A DNA stretch of 61,322 bases, the filler included, from Basidiobolus ranarum (taxonomy: Eukaryota): NCBI GenBank assembly GCA_040143965.1. It is 15 parts of 15 records of this genome, joined end to end, with 100 filler letters (N's around TTAATTAATTAA, not from the genome) between each part and the next. Parts side by side here need not be neighbours in the genome. Positions count along the whole stretch, not along the records: positions 1 to 4,005 come from JASJQH010002165.1; positions 4,106 to 8,107 come from JASJQH010002166.1; positions 8,208 to 12,208 come from JASJQH010002167.1; 12 more parts are not named here. The stretch is one strand, 5' to 3'. Of the stretch, positions 1 to 10,422 are shown piece after piece; the first letter of the stretch is position 1, and each line of letters starts with the position of its first letter. A model generated the notes under the pieces. That model did no database searches and was not told the origin of the DNA. It worked only from the letters and a program-made list of their open reading frames with translations. Made by a program: the position numbers and the translations under genes.

Positions 1-177
1 CAATTTTTGTTTAAGTTAAGATTTGGCTCCATTAGGTAGATACTAGATTGCATTCTACCAATTTGAACTTCCTTATTTTATCTAGGATATACTTAGATTG
101 GTTCAAAGTTATTGTTTTGGTATCTGTATCTATCTTTATTTGGATTCAAAGATAGTATGTCAGTTCACCATGATCAT

Positions 178-431
178 TGTTGAAACTTGTTAAATAGCAA
201 CACTTTGATTCACTTTTACCAATTTTCACTATTGTTCAAAACTTCTCCTAATAAACTCGAATTTTCACCCTTGCTTGACAGGCATGTTTGTTACAATCTA
301 AGCATATCCAATTGTCCTAATTCATAGTAAACTACAAATAGGACATATTCAATTCAATAAACCCTAAGTGTCTAATTCACAAATCCAAGTCTTGGACAAA
401 GCACTTTCAAGTAGCCTGAACACTTTGATCA
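178..431 (+). repeat. Copia LTR-A, internally deleted copy
   Basis: Starts TGTTGAAAC and ends ...CACTTTGATCA. Aligns by eye to the 352-bp LTR-A copies at 1092, 21587, 36999 and 60734, with about 100 bp missing. Confidence 0.7.
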
Positions 432-1091
432 GTTCAGGCCTTATGAAATTGACAGATGAGCTACTATTTGTTTTTCCCTAAATTCCTCAAGTCAATGGTT
501 GCTATGATACAGTCATCTAAAAATAAGGCTAGGAAAGCTGGATTGTTTTATGTGGCTGAAGTTTAGTCAGCAATATTCTTTTGAAACTTGGGTGTTTCCA
601 AAAAAGTGTCTATCTTGCTATTCCAAGCTCCTTGAGTTTGTTTAAGCTGTAGAGAGTTTTTGAGAGTCTGGGAACAATTTTCAAGGTTTCTGTGTCCACC
701 AGTCAATCTGACTTGTTTATATGGACCTTCTCAGAAAGCTCACCACTAAAAAAAGCAGTTCTAACACCCAGTAGCTGTATAATCAACTGATATTTAGCTA
801 TAAAATCTAATTTAATTAAACTTTAATACCAGGGCACAAGTCTCTGGAAAATCTGATCTTTGTGTTTGGGAATAGCCTTTGGCTACTGGTGTAGCCCTGA
901 ACCTTTCTATAATGCCCTCAGAGTTGTGTTTGACATTATAACCCAACAGCAGCCAATTGATGTTGGAGGATTAGGTAAGTTGGTTAAAAGCCAAGTTTGA
1001 ATGTGAATCAAAGCCTGGTACTCATGAGCCATTGCAGAAGCCCAAAAATACATGTTTGGACCATCCAGGGCCCCTCTTGCACTCTTGGGTT
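432..1091 (-). mobile_element. Decayed Ty1/Copia reverse transcriptase remnant
   Basis: Minus-strand peptide HEYQALIHIQTWLLTNLP..IGCCWV matches the Copia RT N-terminal motif (E..SL..N.TW.L..LP....IG..WV). The frame is broken by stops and frameshifts. Confidence 0.6.
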
Positions 1092-3290
1092 TGTTAACAT
1101 TAGGTAAATAGCAACTGATTATTTTGTAGTTAGTTTGATCATATGCCAATTATTTAGCACTCAGTACTGCCATTCAAAAATGTTTGTTTATTGCTCCAAT
1201 GGATTGATATATTAATTAGATCACTTTTTCCAATTTGCACTATTTTCCCAAAACCTCTCCAAATCACCTTGAATTTTCACCCATACTTAACAAGCATATT
1301 TGTTACAATCTAAGCATATTCATTAGTCCTATTTAATAGTGAACTATAAATAGCACACATTCAATTCAAGAAAACTCAAGTGTCCAATTCACAAATCCAA
1401 ATTTTTTCTAAAACACATCCAAGTCCCCTGAACACTATTATCAAGTAATGAGCCCCAAGCTAGCTGTTAAAGGAATGTATACTGGTATTATTACCAACAT
1501 GTTTGCAACCACAGAGAAGATTGCTGTTGAAGACTTTCATCTTTGGAAGAAGAATATGCAATTGCAGCTGCAAGACAAGGACCTATGGGGGTTTGTTACA
1601 GGAGAAGAAATAGAGCCAAACTGACTACCCAAAGCTATGCTGCTTTTCACAAGAAGCAGAGGAAAGCACTCTCTACACTTTGTCTACTTCTCAGAGACCT
1701 TCTATTGTGGCAGATACAATCAACCAATAACATCTAAAATGCTTGGGAAACATTTGAGGGTCTATATGAGACTAAAGGACTGGCTAATAGCTAAATCTTA
1801 GGTTAAAATTGTTCCCAATTCCAATGATTTCTGATGATTTTATGCTTAAATGTATAAATTGGATAAAAACTATGACAGATCAACTCTCATGAATTGCAGC
1901 ATCTCTAAATGAAGATGACTTTTTCATGACACTACTTGGGAGTCTGCCAGACAAGTTTGAGAACCTCATAATTGCCCTGGACTCAAGATCAGAGCCTTTA
2001 ACAATGGAATATGTTGGTGCTAGGCTCTTAAATGAGGAATTAAGGAGATCTAATTGTCAGAAAAAAATGCAGAATTGGCATTTTTTGGAGCTGTAAAACA
2101 TCCAAAAGGATTCAGTAATGGTTCCCCTAACCAGAAATCAATCATCTGCAAGTATTGCCAGAAACCAGGGCATATTTTCAAAGATTTCCGAAAAAGGATT
2201 TTGCTAAAAAGCTAAAATTGAAGCACCTCTAAGTGAAGATGACTTAGTCATGAAACTACTTGGGAGCCTGCCAGAGAAGTTTGGGAACCTCATAATTGCC
2301 CTAGAGTCAAGATCAGATCCATTAACAATAGAATATATTGGTGCTAGGCTTTTGAATGAGGAATTAATGAGATCTCATTCTCAGCAAAATATTGCAGAAC
2401 CAGTATTTATTGAAACTGCAAAATGTGCAACAGGCTTCAAAACTGGTGCCTCTAGCAGGAAATCAATCATCTGCAAGTATTGCAAGAAACTAAGCCATAT
2501 TGTCAGAACTTGCAGGAAAAGGATTTTGGCCAAAAAGCTCAAATTGGAACAAGCAAATCAAGTAAGCAATGATAGGGATCATCTATTTGTGTCTGCCCTA
2601 TTAGTAACCACTAAGAAAGACTCACAAACATGGTACATTGATTCAGGAGCTTCCCAGCATATGTCAAACTAGAAAGAGTGGTTTCCAGCTTAAAACCAAT
2701 CCTAACAAGGAAAGTCTACTTAGTTGATGAATGTACACTAGATGAAGTTGGTAAGGGTACAGTTGCACTTAATTTAGACTAAAATTCAGCTACACCATCT
2801 GCAAAATTGGATGATGTAATTAATGTACCAAATATAGCCAAGGATCTACTCTCAGTAAGCTAAGAAACAACACAAGGACTAAAATTTGCATGCAGCAAGG
2901 CTGGATATACCACCACAGATAAGAATAATATTAAATCAGCTAGTTAGATCAAAACTCAAAATGTATACCAGCTAGATATCTACAAATTGCATTCTGAGCA
3001 TGCTAACTTGGCCAAAACCAGTGAAATAGGCCGTCAAATATGGCATACAACATTAGGCCACATTGGGGAACAAAAACTGATCCAAATGATCCAAAATTAG
3101 CTTGTTTCAAGCTTGAGAGTTGAAAATATCACTAAATTGGATCTGTGTGAAGATTGCATATATGGTAAACATCACAGACAGCCATTTTCAAGCTATGGGG
3201 AGATCAAATCCACTCAGAATGTATTGATGACATAACAAAATATACTTGGGTATTCTTTCTCAACTCAAAATCTGAAGCCTTAGCTACATC
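1092..3290 (+). mobile_element. Ty1/Copia family 1, 5' part: LTR-A (1092-1443), PBS (1444-1456), degenerate gag-protease-start of integrase
   Basis: TG..CA LTR of 352 bp followed by AGTAATGAGCCCC. Zinc knuckle CKYCKKLSHIVRTC, protease motif WYIDSGASQHM and a GAG-pre-integrase remnant. Many stop codons. Confidence 0.9.
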
Positions 3291-3467
3291 TATAAACTTT
3301 TAGCAGGTTATAAGCCTATTTTATTGACCTGTGCCAGAATAAGTCCAAAGTTGGGACTCATCAATAAGGTAATCAGTGATGTTAATAAACTGATTGGATC
3401 TGCTGGTTTGGGATAAGGGAACTACACTTCTGTCATTATGCTATGTACATTGGGGGAGCAGAAGTTC

Positions 3468-3839
3468 TGTTGAAGTATTTACAGAAATGATATTTGATTT
3501 ATTAAGTTGACTTGAATTTATATGTAGGATTATATGAAGAGAATGTTCATTTTTAGATATTGAAATTATTTAGGGAGAAATATTGGTCTGGCCAGGACTT
3601 AAACCTGGGACCTCCTTCACTTTAGCAAGATGCTCTAACCACTGAGCTACCAGTCCTTGTATGCTATTCCTATATTGTTAGGGAACCTTAACCTAGTCCA
3701 TCAATGTATGGTACTTTGGCATTTCAGCTTTACAAGCAACTGATTGGCCTTAGACTTGGTGTTCAGATGCAGTCACCACACTCCATATTTTTCTCTTTGG
3801 GAATTACTGCTTGTAACAAAACTCACCAGACTTTCAACA
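3468..3839 (-). mobile_element. LTR-B (372 bp) of a tRNA-carrying TRIM-like non-autonomous LTR element
   Basis: Minus strand starts TGTTGAAAG and ends ACTTCAACA (TGTTGAA/TTCAACA inverted termini). It is directly preceded by the PPT TTGAGGGGGAA. A second copy starts at 44781. Confidence 0.8.
3584..3656 (-). tRNA. tRNA-like sequence embedded in LTR-B (pseudo-tRNA / Pol III promoter; nominal anticodon AAA)
   Basis: GGACTGG TA GCTC AGTGGTTA GAGC A TCTTG CTAAAGT GAAGG AGGTC CCAGG TTTAAGT CCTGG CCAGACC A. 73 nt, acceptor stem 6/7 paired, perfect D and T stems, intact A box, B box GGTTTAAGTCC (GGTTCGAGTCC after CpG decay). The anticodon stem is imperfect. Confidence 0.8.
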
Positions 3840-3890
3840 TTCCCCCTCAAGCAGGATTTCCAGATTTAGCACTAACTGGGACTCATAAAC
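3840..3890 (-). promoter_or_regulatory. Miniature internal domain: PBS (3878-3890), 27-bp spacer, PPT (3840-3850)
   Basis: Minus strand reads GTTTATGAGTCCC-AGTTAGTGCTAAATCTGGAAATCCTGC-TTGAGGGGGAA between two LTR ends. The PBS is a 2-mismatch variant of GGTTATGAGCCCC. Confidence 0.75.
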
Positions 3891-4005
3891 TGATAAAACT
3901 GTTTAGGAGTTTTGGAAGTGTTTTGGACAAGATTTGGATTTGTGAATTAAACACTTGAGTTTTATTGAATTGAATATGTCCTATTTATAGTGTACTATTA
4001 AATAG
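3891..4005 (-). repeat. Copia LTR-A 3' portion, truncated by contig end
   Basis: Reverse complement ...CTATAAATAGGACATATTCAATTC...CAAAACACTTCC...TTTTATCA matches the LTR-A end. Confidence 0.85.
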
Positions 4006-4105
4006 NNNNNNNNNNNNNNNNNNNNNNNNNNNNNNNNNNNNNNNNNNNNTTAATTAATTAANNNNNNNNNNNNNNNNNNNNNNNNNNNNNNNNNNNNNNN
4101 NNNNN
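4006..4105. other. Artificial contig spacer (first of 14; the others start at 8108, 12209, 16310, 20410, 24508, 28605, 32700, 36794, 40887, 44977, 49066, 53153, 57239)
   Basis: Identical N44-TTAATTAATTAA-N44 block with stops in all six frames. Contig lengths decrease monotonically. Confidence 0.98.
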
Positions 4106-7100
4106 TGCCATGTATTCTGCTTCTGTAGTTGATAATGCAACAATGTGTTGTTTCTTGCTAAATCAGCTTATTGGCCCATCGACTAGCTTAAACACATGTC
4201 CAGTTCTGGACTTACAGTGTTCTGTATTGTGAGCCCAGTCTGCATCAGCATATCCTTCAAAAATAAGCAAAATGTTGTTTTGCTTTCTAAATTGAATTCC
4301 AAGATGTATTACACCTTTCAGATAGCATATTATCTGTTTCACAGCTATCCAATGTGGCATTGCAGGATTCTCCATATATTTGCTTACTATGCTTATGGCT
4401 GTGGCAATATCAGGCCTAGTACCAGTTATTGCATATATGAGACTTCCTACTAAACAACAGTAAGGAATATGTTTCATGATTTCAATATCTTCAGAGGTCT
4501 TTGATTCCATATTCTTAGTGAGCTTCCAAATACATAGTGGATTTGAAACTGTTATACATTCTGACAAATTGAATCTGTTTAAGACATCTCCATTATATTT
4601 TTCTTGTGTAATACAGAGTGTTCCAATAGGGGGATTTTGCTGTATCTGCATTCCAAGACAATATGCTAGTGATCCAAGATCTTGCATTTCAAATTTGATA
4701 GATAGCCAGGTCTTAGTTTGTTGCATCAGATTTGAGCAATTACCAACTTTTATGATATCATCAACATAGAGGGCAATTATGTCTTTGGTGGCTTTGATAG
4801 TCTTGAAGTAAATGCATTGATCAGCTTTGCTACAATGGAAAAGATGTTTCATGAAGATCTGATTGATTTTGATATTACATGTGCAAGGAGCCTGTTTCAA
4901 ATCATATAGACTCCTCTGTAACGTCATACTTAATGTTCTTTTCCTTTTGCAACATATCCCTCAGGTTGATTCATATATACATCTTCATCAATTTCTCCAT
5001 TACAAAATGCTGCCTTGACATTCATTTGTTCAATTGGCAATTCTTGGTGGGTAGCAATGGCTAGGATTGCTCTGATTGAGGTAAACTTAGCAACAGGAGA
5101 AAATTTTGCATCATAGTCAATGCTATGTTTCTGAGCACAGCCTTTTACTACCAATCTTGCTTTGTACTGGTTGATAGATCCATCTGAGTTAAGTGTTAGT
5201 TTCAGCACCTATCTATTACAAATAGTTTTTCTTCCTGTAGGTAAGTCCACAAGGATCCATGTGTAATTTGTGATTAGGGAGTGAATTTCATCATCAGTAG
5301 ATTTTCTCCACTCTGTTGCTTAATCAGATCTCGGAGAATGTGCAAATTTTCTGGTTCAGAAAATGCTATATGTGAAGATATCTTCCACCCTTTTTCTGAA
5401 TTGAAGCTATGGATTTTGTGCTCTGATTTGAGACATCCAAAGTCCTTGGTAGAATGATCAGATGTTTCACTTACAGGATATTTCTGATTTCTGCTTGGTA
5501 AGATTTCTGAGACCTGATTACCTGAATTTTGGGATTGATTTAATACTTGTTGTGATTGATTGCATATTTCCAATAATTGAATGCATCCAATTTCAGCCAA
5601 ATTGAGAGTAGAAAACTTCTTAGATATGTGATTGGTCAGAAAATCATTGCCTTGTGTCTGAGGCCAATTTCCTGATTCATGATTGGCTGGAAAAAATCCA
5701 TTTTCTAATTATCTTATTATTCATTGCCAGAGATAATATGCTAATTTCCAGAACCTGATTCCAAACTATCAGTATCCTTGGAGTACTTATCAAGTTTTAT
5801 TGTATAAATTGATGATTTCTGCTGATCTTTTATGGCTGCTTGATTCCAGAATATCATATAATAGTTTGTTCTCCTTGGTTTTGGTACTTATAGTGAAGTT
5901 TGACGCAGGATTATTGCTGGTTAGTTTTCTGCTAGGAATATTCACCACAGGGATTGGTAATGATTTGAGCTTTGTCATATATTCATTGGTTGCTGATACT
6001 TTAGACCTTGTCCCAGATGTGATATTTTCAAAATTTGAAAAATGTTGATAGATAGTTTCAGATTCCAAATTTGGCCTAATTCCAGTATCTATTTCCAATG
6101 TATCATTTTCCAAGTTGGTTTCGGTACTCATTAGCTCAAGTTTGGTTTCAGAACTCACAACTCAGAATTTGAGTTATTGAGAAATTGATTTTCAGCCAAA
6201 ATCAAATTCCCTTGATTAGAAGATTTGATATTTTCTTCAATGAGTATAGTATCTCTGGAGTTGATGATTTGATTTGTGCCAGCAATCAGGAGACAATAGC
6301 CTTTGTTTTAATATCCCAATAGGATATAGTTAATTGCCTTTTTGTCCAATTTCCTATGCTGTTGCTTAGGAATTTGAGCATAAACTATGATCCAAAAATT
6401 CTGAGGTGATTCAGATTAGGTAGTTTCCAGTCCTGATTTCAATAGGAGTTTTAGAGTCATGGTTGTTACATGTTGGACTTGTACTTTGGTGCTACATAGT
6501 TGTAAAAATAGCTCCACCCCTTAAGGTCTTAGGCAGACCTAAATCAATCAGCTTTGTATGTGCTTTCTCTACTAAAGTCCAATTGATCTTTTCTGCAACT
6601 CCATTTTGTCCTGCACTATATGGAATAGTAAATTTGCAGCTGAATTCTTGTTCTTTGACAAAAGCTTGTCATGGCTTTAATGCCAAATTCAGCTCCATTA
6701 TCACTTCATAGGTACTTGATTTTTTTTCCTGCGGTTGTTGTGACTGTTGCTTCATATATCTTGAAATATGAAGCACTTCTCCATTGCTTGACACAAGATA
6801 TGAAACTATGAAGTGAGATTTATCATCAATAAAGATGAGTAAATATCATTGCTTACTTGGTGTCAGAGTTTGCATTGGGCCACATAAGTCTATATGGATA
6901 AGATCCAACAAATCCTTGGCTTTGGAAGCTCCTTCTATTGGAAATGGCTTTCTGGTGTTTTTCCCTGGAATACAGCTTTCCCATTTAGTAATATCTGAGG
7001 GCTTAAGATCCATTCCAGTACATAGGCTATTTCTATATAATAGTTTCACACTGTTGTAGTTAAGATGACCTAAGTACCAATGCCAAGTCATCAAGTTTCC

Positions 7101-7360
7101 AGATATAATTGTAGCAAAGTTAGAAACAGTCTCAGTTATTGCAGCAATATCCAGGTGATATAGATTCTTAATTCTTGTTCTAGCTACTACCATCAAGTTG
7201 TTTGTTTTATATATGGTTACTTTTCCTTTGTTGAATTTGACATCATGATGTTTCTTGTCAATTGCTCCAATTGAAAACAGATTTTTTGTAAATTATGGAA
7301 TATATAAGACATCTTCCAAGGTTACCATTACACTTTTGGTTTTACTTATATGTAAGTCAA
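4106..7360 (-). mobile_element. Degenerate Ty1/Copia pol (GAG-pre-integrase, integrase, RT, start of RNase H)
   Basis: WHWYLGHLN, LDLIHIDLCGPM, YKARLVVKG, SLYDLKQAP, LYVDDII, TRPDIA and GYADADWA motifs occur in Copia order (INT before RT). Broken by stops. Confidence 0.93.
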
Positions 7361-8107
7361 CCATAACAGAAAATAGAGGATAGTTATTGTACAAAAACCA
7401 TCACAATATTAATCCATTTGGGATTGATTGTTTACTTACCATCATAAAATCATCAAGTTGGATTCGATTTTAATCAATTTTTTCAGTTTCAGGAGTGAAA
7501 TTTCATGAACTTGCAAAAGGTTGTACATGATTGGCTACAAGCTCAGAGAACTATGGATCAACACATGTGCAAAAAACATAACTCAATTATACATAATTAC
7601 CACTTGAATGCTAATTTGTCACCTTTTAAATCCCTAGTCTCTTAGATATATTCTGCTCAACAATTTTATAGAGTTCTTCATACCCAAGGTTTAGCTCATA
7701 CCCAACACAAGTTTGCATCAATATCTCTATCAAAGCCCACCATTGCACTAATGTTGCTGAATCAACATTCTTCCAGCTATCTGGTGGATACCCTTCAATA
7801 CTGTGCCACTCTGTATTAGGTTCTTCCCAGACATCTGCACAGTCAATACCAGACTGAATGTCAAGTTAAATGTTCTTCTTCTGAAGCCACTTTCTGCATA
7901 CTTGCACTCCATTTTTCCCTTCATACTTTCAAAAATACTCCTCAAGCACTTTGACTATTTTTGTACATCCATGTAGTGTGACACTTTGGAGGGTGATTTG
8001 TGGTGTTTGTGTGGCTTTTTGCTTGCCTTTAACTTTGGGGCTAATTTCAACACTTTGAAAAGTACCAGTTGAGGTTGGAGAGCCATGAGTTTTATTTGCT
8101 GGTGTTT
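7361..8107 (-). mobile_element. CMC/CACTA element: ORF2-side terminus and ORF2 3' end, inserted in Copia pol
   Basis: Begins CCATAACAGAAAAT, a variant of the TIR CCCTAACAGAAAT. Colinear with 35992-36793. Confidence 0.75.
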
Positions 8108-10422
8108 NNNNNNNNNNNNNNNNNNNNNNNNNNNNNNNNNNNNNNNNNNNNTTAATTAATTAANNNNNNNNNNNNNNNNNNNNNNNNNNNNNNNNNNNNN
8201 NNNNNNNCAATGTTCAAATTGAAATTTTAAAGGTGTACAAATTGCACCAAGCATATCCTTGTTCCCGCTATGGTGGCCAGCAAGAGAAGCATGGTGCTGA
8301 ATAAGAAAGAGCAATCCCTTAAAGAAACGGTCAACGGAGCTATACTCATCCTCTTTATGGCCTTCAGTATGAGAAAATCATAGGTCAATTTCGAGATAAT
8401 GGAAATTGAAGCTTGAGTTTTGGAACAAGAGTGTTTGATAACCAAGATGTGCTGTGACGGGTATTAAATGTTATGATATATTACAGGTACATATTCATAC
8501 TCTAAATGGATGGAGTACTTCATTAACACTCGGTTGAACTTTGATAGATTTCCTTCAAAATTGCCCTGAAACCATGTATCCCTCTTACGCTTAATTTTAA
8601 GAAATAGTATCTTCATCTTCCACAGTATATTCATAGTCCTCTACATCACCATGCTCTATGTATTAAGTATCATTATCCTCTCCGTCACCGCCACGAAAAC
8701 TGTTGCTTTTCAATGAGACTTTGGATACGATACTGAAAACATTTCCCTAATAAACGCGAGCGATATGGGATAGCTTGTTGATAAACTTCCGGCGGACTTA
8801 GTATTTGACAACCGTCTCACTAGACCCAATCGTCACAGAAAATTCCATGATTCGTTATATACTAAGCATAGAGCTAACTAAGTTTGAGGAAACAGTTACG
8901 AATATTCGATTTTCATCATATCATTCATATTGAAGCTATATTCGAAGAGGATTGAGAACAGAGTGTGTTTTTCCTTGACTAAGTTAAGATCATTCTATTA
9001 AATATGTTCCTTTGAACTATCCAATAATTCCAAGTTATTTACAAATCCAGTTTGCTTATTGTTGCCTATCAAATATATTCGTAGTTTAACGCCACAATTG
9101 ACCAGTATAACACTTACGATCCTTGTATATCCAGATGCTAGGCGATCATAGCTGCATATGTAATAATTAAATCCTACTATTACACCTCCATTCAGACTAT
9201 GAGTAAAGCTCAATTTATGTTGCAACTCGGATGGTAAGGCATATAGAAATAGTTTCATGCTTTAATTCATCTATTATGCTTTAGAGACTCTATTGCTACT
9301 GCATCTTCCGTCATTTCGTATTATAGTGTTCCCATAAAAATTGAGAGCTCAACTTTAATCAGTTTCTGGGCATATTTACTTTTCACCTGAAGGGCATGCG
9401 CTATCATTTCGATATCTTTCATGACTGCAAATTGCAACGTATATCTAGCAGTGTTAGAAATAATGCATACCAAAGATGAAAGTGACAAATGCTCACTTAT
9501 CTGTGGAGCCATTGCTTACGAGAGGACACATAATGAGATCTTATACTGCAACTGTAGTTAGATCAATTAGGTTTCATTAAATTTAACATCCAGAATCTGA
9601 ACCTGTGGCTGACATTACTCACATCTTCATCAGGTTTCCATGCACAATATCACGGATCCATTTTCTCTTCAACATTAGCACTGTATTGTTGTGCCACCCA
9701 TTCGCATACATCACGGGCAAAGCATTAATTGGAGGAGGGAACCATTTAATATCTTACTAAAACCCGTTACAGAAGCATATCCTCCTCTGGGCATAAATCA
9801 TGAATTGAATCTATTCTTTGGACTCTCCCTTTCGTGGATGTTCTAGTATCTGTAGTGAATACAACTGGTAACAAACGAGCATTACATTTGTGTCAGTGGT
9901 ACAATATGCAACATTAATTCAGGACAGCGTAACGTCTTAGGGAACATAGATCGTTCATGAATTTTCATATGTGACGATCAAATCCATCCGAGGAGAACAC
10001 ATAGCGTTTCATACGTTATTTTCACATCTCCAATCATTTACTAATTTGGGAGAAATTAAAATTTGTGTGACCATGAGATACTATTATTGAATACCAACTA
10101 TTGTAAACGGAGGGGAAATATTGAAGAGATGAGAAAATTACTCTCTCGTTCATCTCGTGGACTTGCCTAAATAATTCATTAAGCCATTTCGATACGTAAC
10201 TGGTCTCATAATCTAGTGTTGGGTGTGTACAAGGAAAGAGAGGTTTCCCAAAGGTAGCTAGTTACGGTTCCTTCCAACTTTAAGAATTGCTTGGAATCGA
10301 GGCGATTACTATCTTTCATACTGAATTCTTCAGCTGCCAACATCCAGATATTCACTATAAATATCCAAGGATGCCTATTACTTGACCTTCAGTACAGATC
10401 GCTTCACTTTGAATATTTTGCA

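Noticed and set aside
3304-3460. CA|GGTTATAAGCC followed about 140 bp later by TGGGGGAG as a second mini-element interior
   Set aside because: No recognisable LTR upstream, the purine tract does not abut an LTR start, and it occurs only once.
3584-3656. Functional tRNA-Phe gene or stand-alone SINE
   Set aside because: Damaged B box and anticodon stem, no oligo-T terminator or A-tail, and a fixed position inside a TG..CA unit in both copies.
3704-3958. Conserved small ORF MYGTLAFQLYKQLIGLR..., also at 44587-44916, as a protein family
   Set aside because: It is antisense to LTR-B, and each copy runs out into unrelated flanking DNA. The similarity simply reflects the repeat.
4050-4061. Regularly spaced TTAATTAATTAA palindromes (about 4.1-kb period) as a biological repeat or array
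   Set aside because: Always centred in N runs. This is an assembly linker.
8208-8850. Possible decayed protein-kinase-like pseudogene on the minus strand (..IARVY*G.., AILKEIY)
   Set aside because: Many stops and no HRD or DFG motif visible, so it cannot be supported by eye.
10291-10422. N-terminal extensions from TTG starts in the ORF track (also 30617, 41681, 54158)
   Set aside because: Eukaryotic genes. Downstream ATGs or a spliced upstream exon give proper signal peptides and starts.
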